Below the pieces are notes generated by a model that had not been told where the DNA came from, ran no database searches, and saw nothing but the letters and a program-made list of their open reading frames with translations. This document shows, piece after piece, positions 1-9,791 of a stretch of DNA of 64,000 nucleotides. A program made the position numbers and the translations under genes. Numbering within the stretch: the first letter of the stretch is position 1; every line of letters starts with the position of its first letter. The stretch comes from Promethearchaeati archaeon (GTDB taxonomy: Archaea; Asgardarchaeota; Heimdallarchaeia; Heimdallarchaeales; Heimdallarchaeaceae), in NCBI GenBank assembly GCA_013166775.1, contig JABLTJ010000004.1:64001-128000 (forward strand). The letters run 5' to 3'.

Positions 1-217
1 TGGTAGTGATTTCACTGAAAGATCCAGTGATTTTTAAGAAGAGAAAAACGATTAACAGACTTAGAGGAAGCACCAGGTTAACTGTTGTGAACACCATCAT
101 ATTAGCTAACCTTGCTTCCCTTTCTTCAGTAAAAATCAAATTGAAAAATCTTCTTAGAAGAGGGAATAATAACAGTATTATAACCTGTATTGTTAAGATT
201 AAAGAAAAACTATCCAT
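1..217 (-). CDS. Membrane protein, N-terminal part only (runs off the window start); possibly a NuoL/MrpA-type antiporter-like subunit
   Basis: Not in the ORF track. ATG at 217 overlaps the end of the 210..491 gene and reads MDSFSLILTIQVIILLLFPLLRRFFN...LVLPLSLLIVFLFLK with no stop to base 1. Hydrophobic helices. Confidence 0.6.
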   Translation of the reverse strand, partial: MDSFSLILTIQVIILLLFPLLRRFFNLIFTEEREARLANMMVFTTVNLVLPLSLLIVFLFLKITGSFSEITT

Positions 218-491
218 TGTTATCACTCCCAGAATCTTCTGATTCAATTGAAACAATCAGGTGATCTCTAAATTGAAAAGCAAACATTATTGATATAGCT
301 AGCAGCCCAAAGATTACAAATACTACGTTCTCCGCAGATAATTCTGAAAAACTAAGCAAAACTATACCTGATAGAACCATCAAGAGAAAACCAAAAAGGA
401 TATTTACGTTCTTTTTAGAGCTTATGATAATTAATAAACTAAAACACAAACAAAGAAAGAACAAAGCTATGAGACTGTTTAAGAATACCAT
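210..491 (-). CDS. Small 3-TM membrane protein, divergent NuoK/MrpC-like
   Basis: 93 aa, three hydrophobic segments; SKKNVNILFGFLLM resembles the NuoK rrN-l motif; overlaps both neighbours. Confidence 0.5.
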   Translation of the reverse strand: MVFLNSLIALFFLCLCFSLLIIISSKKNVNILFGFLLMVLSGIVLLSFSELSAENVVFVIFGLLAISIMFAFQFRDHLIVSIESEDSGSDNNG

Positions 492-1165
492 GTTTCATCC
501 TTCCTTTTTGTGTATCTTTTTTGAATATCTAATGTGAAAATTATGAAGAGTACCACAATTAGTAAGCAAGTGAAAATAACAAGTATTAGAACACTAAAAT
601 GACCTGAAAAAATTTGAATTAGAGAATCATTCTGAAGCAATATTGCTTTATCATTTTGCAATTCGTAGACTATAAATCCAGTGATAGTTAATGAAGTTAA
701 GAAGAAGAACAAATCAGTTACATATTTTGTAACTTTCTTATCTTTCTTTTGATCTTTGTTTCCGTCATCATACACATTGTAAATTGATAGATAGATGAAA
801 AGAACATATGCGAAACCTAGATTTAATATAAACAAAATAATTTGACCCATTGAGAGAAATATGAAAGTAAATGATATGTAAGATAATAGTAAACATAACG
901 ATTTTAATTCAGTTAACTTAAAAATTGCTTTTAGTAAAAAACCAATACTCATAAACGATCCCATGAAGAAAAAACTGTCTCTTTTTACTTCTAATAACAA
1001 AATAACAATTATTGAACTTACAATAATGAGTAATAGTTTAGCAGCTAACCAAGCTTTTGGTTTCTTATATGAAGATACTGGATAGATAATGAGAAAAGCT
1101 ACGATTAAACCACAGATTGAAATAAGTATCGTGGATATTGTAGTAGACAAGCCAAACATATTCAA
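479..1165 (-). CDS. Multi-pass membrane protein, possibly divergent NuoJ-like
   Basis: 228 aa, about 7 TM segments; first gene of an overlapping membrane-protein operon. Confidence 0.5.
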   Translation of the reverse strand: MNMFGLSTTISTILISICGLIVAFLIIYPVSSYKKPKAWLAAKLLLIIVSSIIVILLLEVKRDSFFFMGSFMSIGFLLKAIFKLTELKSLCLLLSYISFTFIFLSMGQIILFILNLGFAYVLFIYLSIYNVYDDGNKDQKKDKKVTKYVTDLFFFLTSLTITGFIVYELQNDKAILLQNDSLIQIFSGHFSVLILVIFTCLLIVVLFIIFTLDIQKRYTKRKDETWYS

Positions 1166-1221
1166 ACCATAAAAATATAGATTAAGGGAAAAATAAAAGC
1201 TTTTGGGAGAAAATCAGTAGA

Positions 1222-2013
1222 TTATCTTTTTCGTTTCCGTCGATTCTTTAGTTTGTAGAATAACCCAAAAGACATTGAGACTATCATTACAAAACTTAGC
1301 GTGTTACCAAAGAAACCTGTTTGTACTAAGTACTCTATGGGGAGATTAGCTATAAATAAGGGTAAAGCGACATTATATCCAGGAAAAATTGGTTTATCAG
1401 GATAGAGAGGTTGCCCTCCAGGACCGAAAGTAGTAAAATTACCTAGTGTATAGTTTAGTCCTAAGTCGATTCTATACTCCAAGTTACATCCAAGATTTTT
1501 TGTGAGATTAACGTAATAGATTGGTATTTTTTGAAGTAGGTTTCCGCTTATTAAATCATAATAAGGATCTGGATAATACAGGACTTCCCATCGTGCTGTT
1601 GAGTTTTCAGGTATTCTCATCCGCCATTTGGCATTAACGACAACCCAATATCTATCCCAACCTTCAACACTATAATTATAGAAATCTGAAAGATCAAAAT
1701 AACTAATCCCATAAAAACCATAATAATGATCGAGTAGCTGGTCATCGTTTGTATCGAAACCCATAACTTGAAAATATACTTCAGGTCTTTTATAACCATC
1801 AACTGATTCATTCATAGGAGGATCTTCATATTCTGAAAGAGTAGGATCATAAATGAGGAGTTTTTTCTCTTCACTTGTCACCCGTAGAGTACCTTCAAAA
1901 TCCCATTTATCACTAATTTCATCTCGAGCAGCAGTTGCATTGAGTGTGAATGATGAAATAACCATTATTGTCGAAAGGAAAAAACATGCTATAAATATCT
2001 GATACTTTTTCAT
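1222..2013 (-). CDS. Secreted/surface protein with C-terminal TM anchor (paralog of 2010..2936)
   Basis: Signal peptide MKKYQIFIACFFLS..., C-terminal TM plus KNRRKRKR; shares GNFTTFGP with its neighbour. Confidence 0.75.
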   Translation of the reverse strand: MKKYQIFIACFFLSTIMVISSFTLNATAARDEISDKWDFEGTLRVTSEEKKLLIYDPTLSEYEDPPMNESVDGYKRPEVYFQVMGFDTNDDQLLDHYYGFYGISYFDLSDFYNYSVEGWDRYWVVVNAKWRMRIPENSTARWEVLYYPDPYYDLISGNLLQKIPIYYVNLTKNLGCNLEYRIDLGLNYTLGNFTTFGPGGQPLYPDKPIFPGYNVALPLFIANLPIEYLVQTGFFGNTLSFVMIVSMSFGLFYKLKNRRKRKR

Positions 2014-2936
2014 TTTTTAGTCCTCCTAATTGTTCTTGTAAAAACAAAAACCATTGAAAATACAGAAAACGCAAGGAGAACACCCATAAATGGAAAATCG
2101 ATTTCGAAACTATTTGTTCGTGGAAGAGACGTTCTTTCAACATTTTGGGCGATAGAGATGTTATATTTTGGCCACCAGTAGGCAGCATTGTATTCATCCT
2201 GTGGGTCAATAAAAATTGGATTTTCTGGACCAAATGTGGTAAAATTACCATTTATTACTGTTTGATCTTTGTTAATCTGTTGCCAAGTTCCAATATTTCC
2301 TGTGTTTTGTGTTAAATCAGCTAACACAATATTCTCCAAAGTTTCATTTAATCCCCATAAATCCCAATTTTCATAGATGAAGCCTAGAGTATAACCTAAA
2401 TCTGGATCTCTTTCATTATATATTTCTGTGTGAGTTAACCAAGTTTGGTTTACTACCAGAGTATAGATAGCTGAATGGAATTGGTCATATTCAGGAGAAG
2501 TTTTATTCATTACATTAGGAGAGAGTTCTATCCAATCTACTCCTTTTTCTTTTGAAACATTTAATCCATAAACCCCGTCTAGTTCAGTATATTCAAAATC
2601 TATAGAATAGAGTGGTGCGTTTCTTAGAGTTCCTACACCATATATGACAACTATCTGATCAATATCCTCATCATCATCTGAACAAGAGTCAAAGCAGAAT
2701 AGAAAACTTCGTTGTTTATATCCACCAAATATGTCGTAGAGAGGATTTGATTCGTCATCATAGAAACTTGGTATTAGCTTCTTTCTGAATTTTTGTTCGC
2801 GTATAACTCCTTGATATTGAAAATTTCCTTTTAATGTTGGACATTTTTCTTCTTGTGCATTAATATTAAAGTTTGTAAATGGTGATGCCAAAAGCGACAC
2901 CAATATGACTAAACATGTGGTTTTAGTATATTTCAC
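2010..2936 (-). CDS. Secreted/surface protein with C-terminal TM anchor (paralog of 1222..2013)
   Basis: GTG start after AGGAGG; signal peptide; C-terminal TM plus RRTKK; GNFTTFGP motif. Confidence 0.75.
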   Translation of the reverse strand: MKYTKTTCLVILVSLLASPFTNFNINAQEEKCPTLKGNFQYQGVIREQKFRKKLIPSFYDDESNPLYDIFGGYKQRSFLFCFDSCSDDDEDIDQIVVIYGVGTLRNAPLYSIDFEYTELDGVYGLNVSKEKGVDWIELSPNVMNKTSPEYDQFHSAIYTLVVNQTWLTHTEIYNERDPDLGYTLGFIYENWDLWGLNETLENIVLADLTQNTGNIGTWQQINKDQTVINGNFTTFGPENPIFIDPQDEYNAAYWWPKYNISIAQNVERTSLPRTNSFEIDFPFMGVLLAFSVFSMVFVFTRTIRRTKK

Positions 2937-3068
2937 ACAATTTCCTCCTGAACATCTATGCTACACAAATGGTTCAAATGACATTTATAAACGTTGTTGA
3001 AAAAACTTGTTTTTAAGTTTTTTATTATGAGTTCCTAATCGTAAATTTTAAATCGTTCAAACTAAATC

Positions 3069-4895
3069 TTGAACCAAATGTCATGGTTGGAGAACAAAGA
3101 GAGAGTACATTCTTCGAAAGAAATATTCGCTATTCTATGGCCATATTTGTCTAACAGAATAGGTTTTCTAATCACCGTAAGTATCGTTTCTTTTCTTGCG
3201 GCTATTATAGGTTTAGCTACTCCTTTGTTAATTAAACAAGCTATTGATACAGCAATTCCTATGGAGAGTACCACTCTTATTTGGATTTTTGGAGGTGCAA
3301 TTTTAGGAGTTGCTTTGTTTGGGGGAGTTCTCCAATATTTTTCTAGATTTTACGCAGCGAAGTTTGCACAAAAGGTTGTATATGAATTACGAAATGATAT
3401 CTACAAAATACTACAGCAATTAAGTTTGGAATATTATGACGAAGAAAATACTGGCCAAATAATGACTAGAGTTACGACTGATTTGAATGCTATTCAAGGT
3501 TTTGTCAGTTTTACAATTAGACTCATCATGAATGGTGCAGTATTCTTTATAGGATCTTACGTTGCTATGCTAGTTCTGAGTTGGAAATTAGGTTTAATTC
3601 TTGTAGCTCTTTTTCCAGGTTTTATCTGGTTAATCTACTGGTTTAGCGCTAAAGTTAGACCTCTTTTCTATAAAGCAAGGACGCAATTTGGTGAAGTAAC
3701 TTCTATTCTTCAAGAGAATGTTACTGGAACACATGTAGTTAGAGGTTTTGCTCAAGAGAAAAATGAGATAATAAAGTTTGATGAATCAAATACAAAATAT
3801 CGTGATTTGAGGATTAAAACTCAGGTTTTCAGAGCTATTTACTTTTCGACAATGACTCTTCTCATTGGTATTGGGACTACGCTTGTACTAACCATAGGGG
3901 GAAGGGCAGTTATCAGAAATGAAATGGAATTAGGAAGTTTTATTGCTTTCTTATCTTATCTTGCTCTTCTTCCAGGTCCTACAAGACAGTTGACTTGGTT
4001 AGTAGGGATCATACAAAGAATGCTAGCTAGTGGAGATAGAATTATCGAATTGATAAGTGCAAAACGAGAAGTTCAGGAAGATCCTGATGCAATAAATCCA
4101 CCTAAATTATTAGGGAAAATTCAATACAGAAATGTTAGTTTTGAATATGAATTAGGGAGAGCTATTCTAAACAACATTAGTGTTTCAATCCATACTGGTC
4201 AAAAAGTAGTTATACTAGGGGGTACAGGAAGTGGAAAAAGTACTTTTGTTAATCTGTTATCCAGATTTTATGATCCTAATGAGGGTACCATACAAATTGA
4301 TGATATAGATCTAAAGAAGTATAAATTAAAAGCTATGCGAAAACAGATAGGGCTTGTACTTCAAGAAACATATCTCTTCAATGCTACAATTAAAGAAAAT
4401 ATTGCGTTTGGAAAACCAGATGCAAAAGATGAAGAGATTATTCAAGCGGCAAAAATTGCAAAAATACACGAATTCATAGCAAGTCTTCCCGAAGGGTATG
4501 ATAGTAAAGTAGGAGATAGAGGAATCACATTATCAGGAGGACAAAAACAGAGAGTTTCAATAGCAAGAACTCTTTTGACTGACCCTTCTATTCTGATATT
4601 TGATGACTCTACAGCTTCAGTTGATGCAGAAACAGAAGCTCAAATTCAAGATGCATTGGACATCTTGAGCAAAGGAAGAACAACTCTGATAATATCACAA
4701 AGAATCTCTTCAGTACATTATGCCGATAGGATCCTAGTTTTTGAGAAAGGAAGAATCATACAAGATGGAAATCATAAGAAACTGATTTCAGAAGAAGGTT
4801 TGTACAAAGAGATCTATGAAACATTAGCACAAAGTTATTCGCTTGATGAGATATCTAAAGAGATTCAAGAAACAAAAACATGGGGGGATGATTGA
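3069..4895 (+). CDS. ABC exporter, fused TMD-NBD (degenerate half of a TM287/288-type heterodimer)
   Basis: 6-TM domain; Walker A GGTGSGKS; signature LSGGQKQR; Walker B LIFDD (D in place of catalytic E); switch SQR (Q in place of H). Confidence 0.93.
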   Translation: MNQMSWLENKERVHSSKEIFAILWPYLSNRIGFLITVSIVSFLAAIIGLATPLLIKQAIDTAIPMESTTLIWIFGGAILGVALFGGVLQYFSRFYAAKFAQKVVYELRNDIYKILQQLSLEYYDEENTGQIMTRVTTDLNAIQGFVSFTIRLIMNGAVFFIGSYVAMLVLSWKLGLILVALFPGFIWLIYWFSAKVRPLFYKARTQFGEVTSILQENVTGTHVVRGFAQEKNEIIKFDESNTKYRDLRIKTQVFRAIYFSTMTLLIGIGTTLVLTIGGRAVIRNEMELGSFIAFLSYLALLPGPTRQLTWLVGIIQRMLASGDRIIELISAKREVQEDPDAINPPKLLGKIQYRNVSFEYELGRAILNNISVSIHTGQKVVILGGTGSGKSTFVNLLSRFYDPNEGTIQIDDIDLKKYKLKAMRKQIGLVLQETYLFNATIKENIAFGKPDAKDEEIIQAAKIAKIHEFIASLPEGYDSKVGDRGITLSGGQKQRVSIARTLLTDPSILIFDDSTASVDAETEAQIQDALDILSKGRTTLIISQRISSVHYADRILVFEKGRIIQDGNHKKLISEEGLYKEIYETLAQSYSLDEISKEIQETKTWGDD

Positions 4896-6703
4896 TGGGT
4901 TGGGCTATTCATTATATGAGAAGAGAGGAAGCTGAAAGAGAGAAAAAATATTCAGACTGGACACTCTTTAAAAGAGTCTTTAGTATTTTCAGACATTATA
5001 AAACTGAAACTATCTCTGTTATGGCCGTTGTTCTAACTGCTTCAGTTTTTTCAACCTTAATTCCGATTCTAATGCAGCAGACAATTGATATGTTTATTAA
5101 ACCTGACAGATTGGATTTTGTTTCAAGCTTAATAATAATGGGTGGTCTCTATCTCATATTTATAGTACTGAATTTTATATTGATTTTAGCAAGAACAATT
5201 TTCTTTGCGAAACTAGGTCAAAAAATGATCTATCGAATAAGAAATGATACTTTTGCTAAGTTACAGTATCTATCTTTTGATTACTTTACAGAAACAGAAT
5301 CAGGTAGAACAATTTCCAAAGTTACTAATGATGTAGATGCGCTAGGAGAACTTCTTACAACTGGTATAATAGATATATTTGCGGATTTCTTCAGTCTAAT
5401 CTGGATCGTTGTGATCATGTTCATTTATGATGTTCAAATGACATTGGTAACTTTCACAATAGTTCCCATCCTTCTAATTACTGCAGTATTTTTCCAGAAA
5501 AGGGTACGTGCAGCATACAGAAGAACTAGAGTTGCAATTGCAAAAGTTACAGCGAATCTTCAAGAAACGATAACAGGAGTAAAAGTAACAAAAGCTTTAT
5601 CTCGAGAAGAAGAAAATATAGAAAATTTCAGAGACCTTAACAGAGAAAACTATGAAGCAAATGTAGAAGCAGCAGGAGTCTCATCACTTTTTATACCTAT
5701 CATTCAAATAATCGCAGGTTTAGGAAGCACTTTAGTTATAATTTTCGGAGGATATCTAGTAATTACTAAACAAGCATTGACAATAGGGGAGTTATACATA
5801 TTTCTCGAATACTCTAATAGATTCTTCATGCCAATTATCAGTTTGTTTACATTCTACACAATAATTCAATCTGGATTCGCTTCAGCAGAGAGAATATTTG
5901 AGATAATGGATGAGACACCAAGTGTTCAAAATGCAAAAGATCCGTTGTATCCTAAACAAATCAAAGGAAAGATAGAACTTAATTCAGTAGATTTCTTCTA
6001 TACTGAGGATGTTCAGGTGCTCAAGAACATCAATCTAACTATAGATTCAGGACAAAGTATTGCATTGGTTGGACAAACAGGAGCAGGAAAGACTACGATC
6101 ACCAAGCTTCTTTCTAGATACTATGATGTTACAAAAGGAAAGCTTCTGATAGACAATACTGAGATAAAGAAAATAGATCTAGAACTACTACGAAAAAATA
6201 TCGCAGTAGTGCCTCAGGATGTATATCTTTTTAGTGGTACTATTATGGAGAATCTTAAGTTCGGAAGAAAAGAAGCTGAGGATCAAGATGTGTTCGATGT
6301 ATGTCTGGTTCTTGGACTACATGATTATATCTTACAACTTCCAGAAGGGTACGAAACAGATGTCAAAGAAGGAGGTTCAAGACTTTCACTTGGTCAAAGA
6401 CAATTAATTTCTCTAGCAAGAGCTATAGTAGCAAATCCTAGTATTTTGATACTTGATGAGTGCAGTAGCTCTGTTGATCCAATAACAGAAGCATTAATCC
6501 AAAAAGGAATAAACTATACTCTTCGAGGTAGAACATCAATTATTATTGCACATCGATTAAGTACTATTAAGAATGTATCAAAAATAGTAGTAATAGATGA
6601 CGGTGAGATAGTTGAGGAGGGAACACATCAAGAGCTTTTGGAGAGAAAAGGTAAATATTACGATCTTTATGAAACTCAATTAACAAGCAACATTGTAGAG
6701 TAA
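4892..6703 (+). CDS. ABC exporter, fused TMD-NBD (consensus half of the heterodimer)
   Basis: Walker A GQTGAGKT; signature LSLGQRQ; Walker B LILDE; switch AHR; overlaps the upstream partner. Confidence 0.93.
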   Translation: MMGWAIHYMRREEAEREKKYSDWTLFKRVFSIFRHYKTETISVMAVVLTASVFSTLIPILMQQTIDMFIKPDRLDFVSSLIIMGGLYLIFIVLNFILILARTIFFAKLGQKMIYRIRNDTFAKLQYLSFDYFTETESGRTISKVTNDVDALGELLTTGIIDIFADFFSLIWIVVIMFIYDVQMTLVTFTIVPILLITAVFFQKRVRAAYRRTRVAIAKVTANLQETITGVKVTKALSREEENIENFRDLNRENYEANVEAAGVSSLFIPIIQIIAGLGSTLVIIFGGYLVITKQALTIGELYIFLEYSNRFFMPIISLFTFYTIIQSGFASAERIFEIMDETPSVQNAKDPLYPKQIKGKIELNSVDFFYTEDVQVLKNINLTIDSGQSIALVGQTGAGKTTITKLLSRYYDVTKGKLLIDNTEIKKIDLELLRKNIAVVPQDVYLFSGTIMENLKFGRKEAEDQDVFDVCLVLGLHDYILQLPEGYETDVKEGGSRLSLGQRQLISLARAIVANPSILILDECSSSVDPITEALIQKGINYTLRGRTSIIIAHRLSTIKNVSKIVVIDDGEIVEEGTHQELLERKGKYYDLYETQLTSNIVE

Positions 6704-6765
6704 AGCATAAGCATTCATTTCAAAATCTTTTTTATTATTAAGTATTTTTAAGAGCTTAGATATCT

Positions 6766-8625
6766 ATGGGAAAATTATCTGACCTTATTGAAAATAAGGA
6801 GAAGAGAGTACTGTGTTTAGGTAATGAAGCGATAGCTAGAGGAGCTATTGAAGCTGGTGTTCAAGTTTTCGCAGCTTATCCAGGTACTCCAAGTAGTGAG
6901 ATTAGTGCTGCTTTAATTGCAGCTGCACCTGAATTAGATTTTTATGCAGAATGGAGTACAAATGAAAAAGTTGCCATGGAGATTTCTTATGCAGCATCTA
7001 TTAGTGGTGTAAGATCTATGACAGCTCTAAAACATGTGGGATTGAATGTAGCAGCAGATGCTTATTATTCTTTTATGTACATGGGCTGTAAAGGAGGTTT
7101 TGTTACAGTCGTTGGAGATGATCCCCATTGCTTTAGCAGTCAAAACGAACAAGATTCAAGATGGCTAGGAGTATCAGCTAATTTTGTAATTTTAGAACCT
7201 TCAAATCCTCAAGAAGCAAAAGATTATGTTAAACTTGCCTTTGATATAAGTGAAAAATTCGAAGCTCCGATTCTTTTAAGATCAACAACTAGAATTTCTC
7301 ATGCTAGAGCTGATGTTCAATATAACGAATATGAATCAAACTTTAAAGAGGGTGATTTAGAAAAAACACCACGATTTAAGTGTTTACCAGCAATCGCAAG
7401 AGCTAATCATCCGAAACTTCTGGAAAAAATGGAGAAAATAAAGGAATGGATTTTTGATAGTGGATTATCAATTGTAGAAGATAATGATGGAGAGGATTAT
7501 GGTATTATTACTTCAGGTATATCCTATTCATATGTAAAAGATGCACTTAAAACTCTGAAAAGAACAATCCCTATACTCAAATTAGGAATGATTTCACCTT
7601 TAGATGAAAAGTCAATTCTTAGATTTGCGAAGAATAAGAAGAATATAATCTTTATAGAGGAAGTAGATCCCTACTTAGAAGATAGAATTTCAGCGTTGTT
7701 TATTCAAAATGGTCTCAATCCAGAGATACATGGTAAATGCAATGGAATTACTAAAAGGTATCATGAACTAGATTCTAGACTCGTTGCAGAAGGATTGATA
7801 AAAGTAATTGGTGGAGAGTTGCCATCTCTTTCAGAAATTCAAAAAGCTGTGGAAGAAACAAAAGAATTCATACCGTTCAGACCACCTCTTTTCTGTGCTG
7901 GATGTCAACACAGAGCAGCATTTTATGAACTTTCCAAAGTAGTTAGAAAACAAGATGGAATTTTCTCATCAGATATAGGTTGTTACTCCTTAGATCCTTG
8001 GGTAACCGATACTATTGTTTGTATGGGAGCATCAATAGGAATGGCAAATGGTTTTGCAAGAGTGATAAAAAATAAACCAATATTTGCCTTAATAGGTGAT
8101 TCAACATTCTTTCACACTGGATTACCAGCCCTTGTAAATGCAGTTTATCATAAAGCAAATTTCAATTTAATCATCCTAGATAATAGAATGACAGCTATGA
8201 CGGGATTTCAACCTAATCCGACGGAGGATATTCCAATTGAAAATGTTGTCAAAGGTTTAGGAGTAGATTATATTGTAGAATTTGATCCTTATAATTTTGA
8301 AAAAGGTAAAAAAACTATCGAAGATGCGCTAAAACATGAAGGACCAACAGTAATAATTATGAGAAAAATCTGTGCAAATGAATGGTGGAGAAGAAAAAGA
8401 AGAAAAGGAGAAGAAATAGAAGTTTTTCATACAAATTCAGAAGTATGTATTGCTTGTGGAACTTGCATTGTACAATATCAATGTCCCGCAATATCCTGGA
8501 GTTTAGATACAAATTCCAAAGATAAAAAATATACTGTAATAGATCCTGCAATGTGTACTGGATGTTCTGTATGCTCTCAAATATGCCCAACAGGAGCAAT
8601 TTCAAAGGTGGAATTAAATGACTGA
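6766..8625 (+). CDS. iorA: Indolepyruvate:ferredoxin oxidoreductase alpha subunit
   Basis: GNEAIARGA, YPGTPSSE, NEKVA, KHVGLNVA, RPPLFCAGC, TPP motif GDSTFFH...DN, C-terminal 2x[4Fe-4S] ferredoxin. Confidence 0.95.
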   Translation: MGKLSDLIENKEKRVLCLGNEAIARGAIEAGVQVFAAYPGTPSSEISAALIAAAPELDFYAEWSTNEKVAMEISYAASISGVRSMTALKHVGLNVAADAYYSFMYMGCKGGFVTVVGDDPHCFSSQNEQDSRWLGVSANFVILEPSNPQEAKDYVKLAFDISEKFEAPILLRSTTRISHARADVQYNEYESNFKEGDLEKTPRFKCLPAIARANHPKLLEKMEKIKEWIFDSGLSIVEDNDGEDYGIITSGISYSYVKDALKTLKRTIPILKLGMISPLDEKSILRFAKNKKNIIFIEEVDPYLEDRISALFIQNGLNPEIHGKCNGITKRYHELDSRLVAEGLIKVIGGELPSLSEIQKAVEETKEFIPFRPPLFCAGCQHRAAFYELSKVVRKQDGIFSSDIGCYSLDPWVTDTIVCMGASIGMANGFARVIKNKPIFALIGDSTFFHTGLPALVNAVYHKANFNLIILDNRMTAMTGFQPNPTEDIPIENVVKGLGVDYIVEFDPYNFEKGKKTIEDALKHEGPTVIIMRKICANEWWRRKRRKGEEIEVFHTNSEVCIACGTCIVQYQCPAISWSLDTNSKDKKYTVIDPAMCTGCSVCSQICPTGAISKVELND

Positions 8626-9223
8626 AGAGTATCAAATGGTAATAGTTGGAGTAGGTGGTCAGGGAATATTGACAATTTCAGATGTTATTGCAATTGCAGC
8701 TCGAAAAAAGGGTTTACACATCCTTGGATCTGAAGTTCATGGGATGGCACAGAAAGGTGGATCAGTAATTACTAATCTCAAAATCGGAAAGGAATTACAT
8801 TCTCCAACAATTCCAGAAGGAAGTGCAAAGGTTCTAATAGGAATAGAAGAGAATGAGACTTTGAGATTTATCAAGTATTTAGAACCTAATGCGACAGCAA
8901 TAACGTCTAAAACAATTTTAAATCCCGTTAGTTGGAAAAAGAACAAGAAAGCTGCTATAGAAGCACAGGAGAAGATTGATGAAAATTTAGCTAAATTCAA
9001 AGCTAAAATAATTAAGATAGACTCAGAAGCATTAGCACTTGAAGCCGGTCTTTCATTAGCTCAAAATATAGTATTATTAGGAGTTCTATCACAAGTAGAG
9101 GGATTCCCTCTATCTGATGAAGAATTAAAGGAAGCACTCAAAGAAAGAGTTCCTAAGAAGTATGTAGAACAAAATCTGAAAGCTTTTGAGCTTGGAAAAA
9201 ACGCTATTGAGAAAACTAATTAG
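8618..9223 (+). CDS. iorB: Indolepyruvate:ferredoxin oxidoreductase beta subunit
   Basis: GVGGQG, SEVHGMAQKGGSV, N..AFELG; overlaps iorA. Confidence 0.95.
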   Translation: MTEEYQMVIVGVGGQGILTISDVIAIAARKKGLHILGSEVHGMAQKGGSVITNLKIGKELHSPTIPEGSAKVLIGIEENETLRFIKYLEPNATAITSKTILNPVSWKKNKKAAIEAQEKIDENLAKFKAKIIKIDSEALALEAGLSLAQNIVLLGVLSQVEGFPLSDEELKEALKERVPKKYVEQNLKAFELGKNAIEKTN

Positions 9224-9248
9224 TAATGCATCTCTTTCTTCAATAGAG

Positions 9249-9272
9249 TTTTCCAGTTCATTTTCCAGTTCA
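9249..9272. repeat. Perfect 12-bp tandem repeat (ttttccagttca x2) between convergent genes
   Basis: Directly visible at 9249-9260 and 9261-9272. Confidence 0.7.
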
Positions 9273-9297
9273 GGTATGATTAGAAATTTTGCAATTG

Positions 9298-9615
9298 TTA
9301 GGTTATACCTTCTTCATTTGGTAATCTGACAGCTTCTATAATTTCTTTTCCAACAACGACTTCATCTACTGAGTGAATTGATGAACCATATTCCCTCAAA
9401 GTTTCTTTTATTTTCTCGAAATCTAAAGCATTACCAACAATAGTAACAATTATTCCTTCAGTACTGGAATCAGTTTCTGTTCTAGTTATATTAACTGATT
9501 CAATTCCTGAAATAACTCCTAAAGCTAAAGCCAAAACATCAATTCTAGGTTGATGAGGTTTTAGTACGTCTAGCACAAGTCTTCTGATATGAACTTTCTT
9601 CGTAGATTCGACCAT
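9298..9615 (-). CDS. DUF211 family archaeal protein
   Basis: IRRLVLDVLKPHQP and GSSIHSVDEVVVG motifs; start placed at MVESTKK (ORF open to 9666). Confidence 0.85.
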   Translation of the reverse strand: MVESTKKVHIRRLVLDVLKPHQPRIDVLALALGVISGIESVNITRTETDSSTEGIIVTIVGNALDFEKIKETLREYGSSIHSVDEVVVGKEIIEAVRLPNEEGIT

Positions 9616-9791
9616 CTTTATTTCCCATGTTCCAAATAGTTGCTTAATTTCATTTTCTGTTCGCATTTAAAAAAACTTTGTCTTGAGGACACATTCTAAA
9701 AATCTGGATTTTTCCTTTACCAATAGAAAAAAGAATATTAAACATAACAAATATTAAGTAATTAGAACCTAAAATTAGGTTATATAGTACT

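Noticed and set aside
6-242. Short ORFs antisense or out of frame to long genes (e.g. 6..242, 1617..1811, 10883..11272, 28864..29346, 31732..32037 and the many inside top6B)
   Set aside because: They overlap well-supported genes and carry no recognisable motifs; treated as shadow ORFs
3069-4895. ABC gene as an inactive pseudogene because of Walker B D and switch Q
   Set aside because: This is the normal degenerate site of heterodimeric exporters, and the partner has the consensus residues
9249-9272. Tandem 12-bp repeat as a CRISPR remnant or insertion scar
   Set aside because: Only two adjacent copies, with no spacers and no cas or transposase genes
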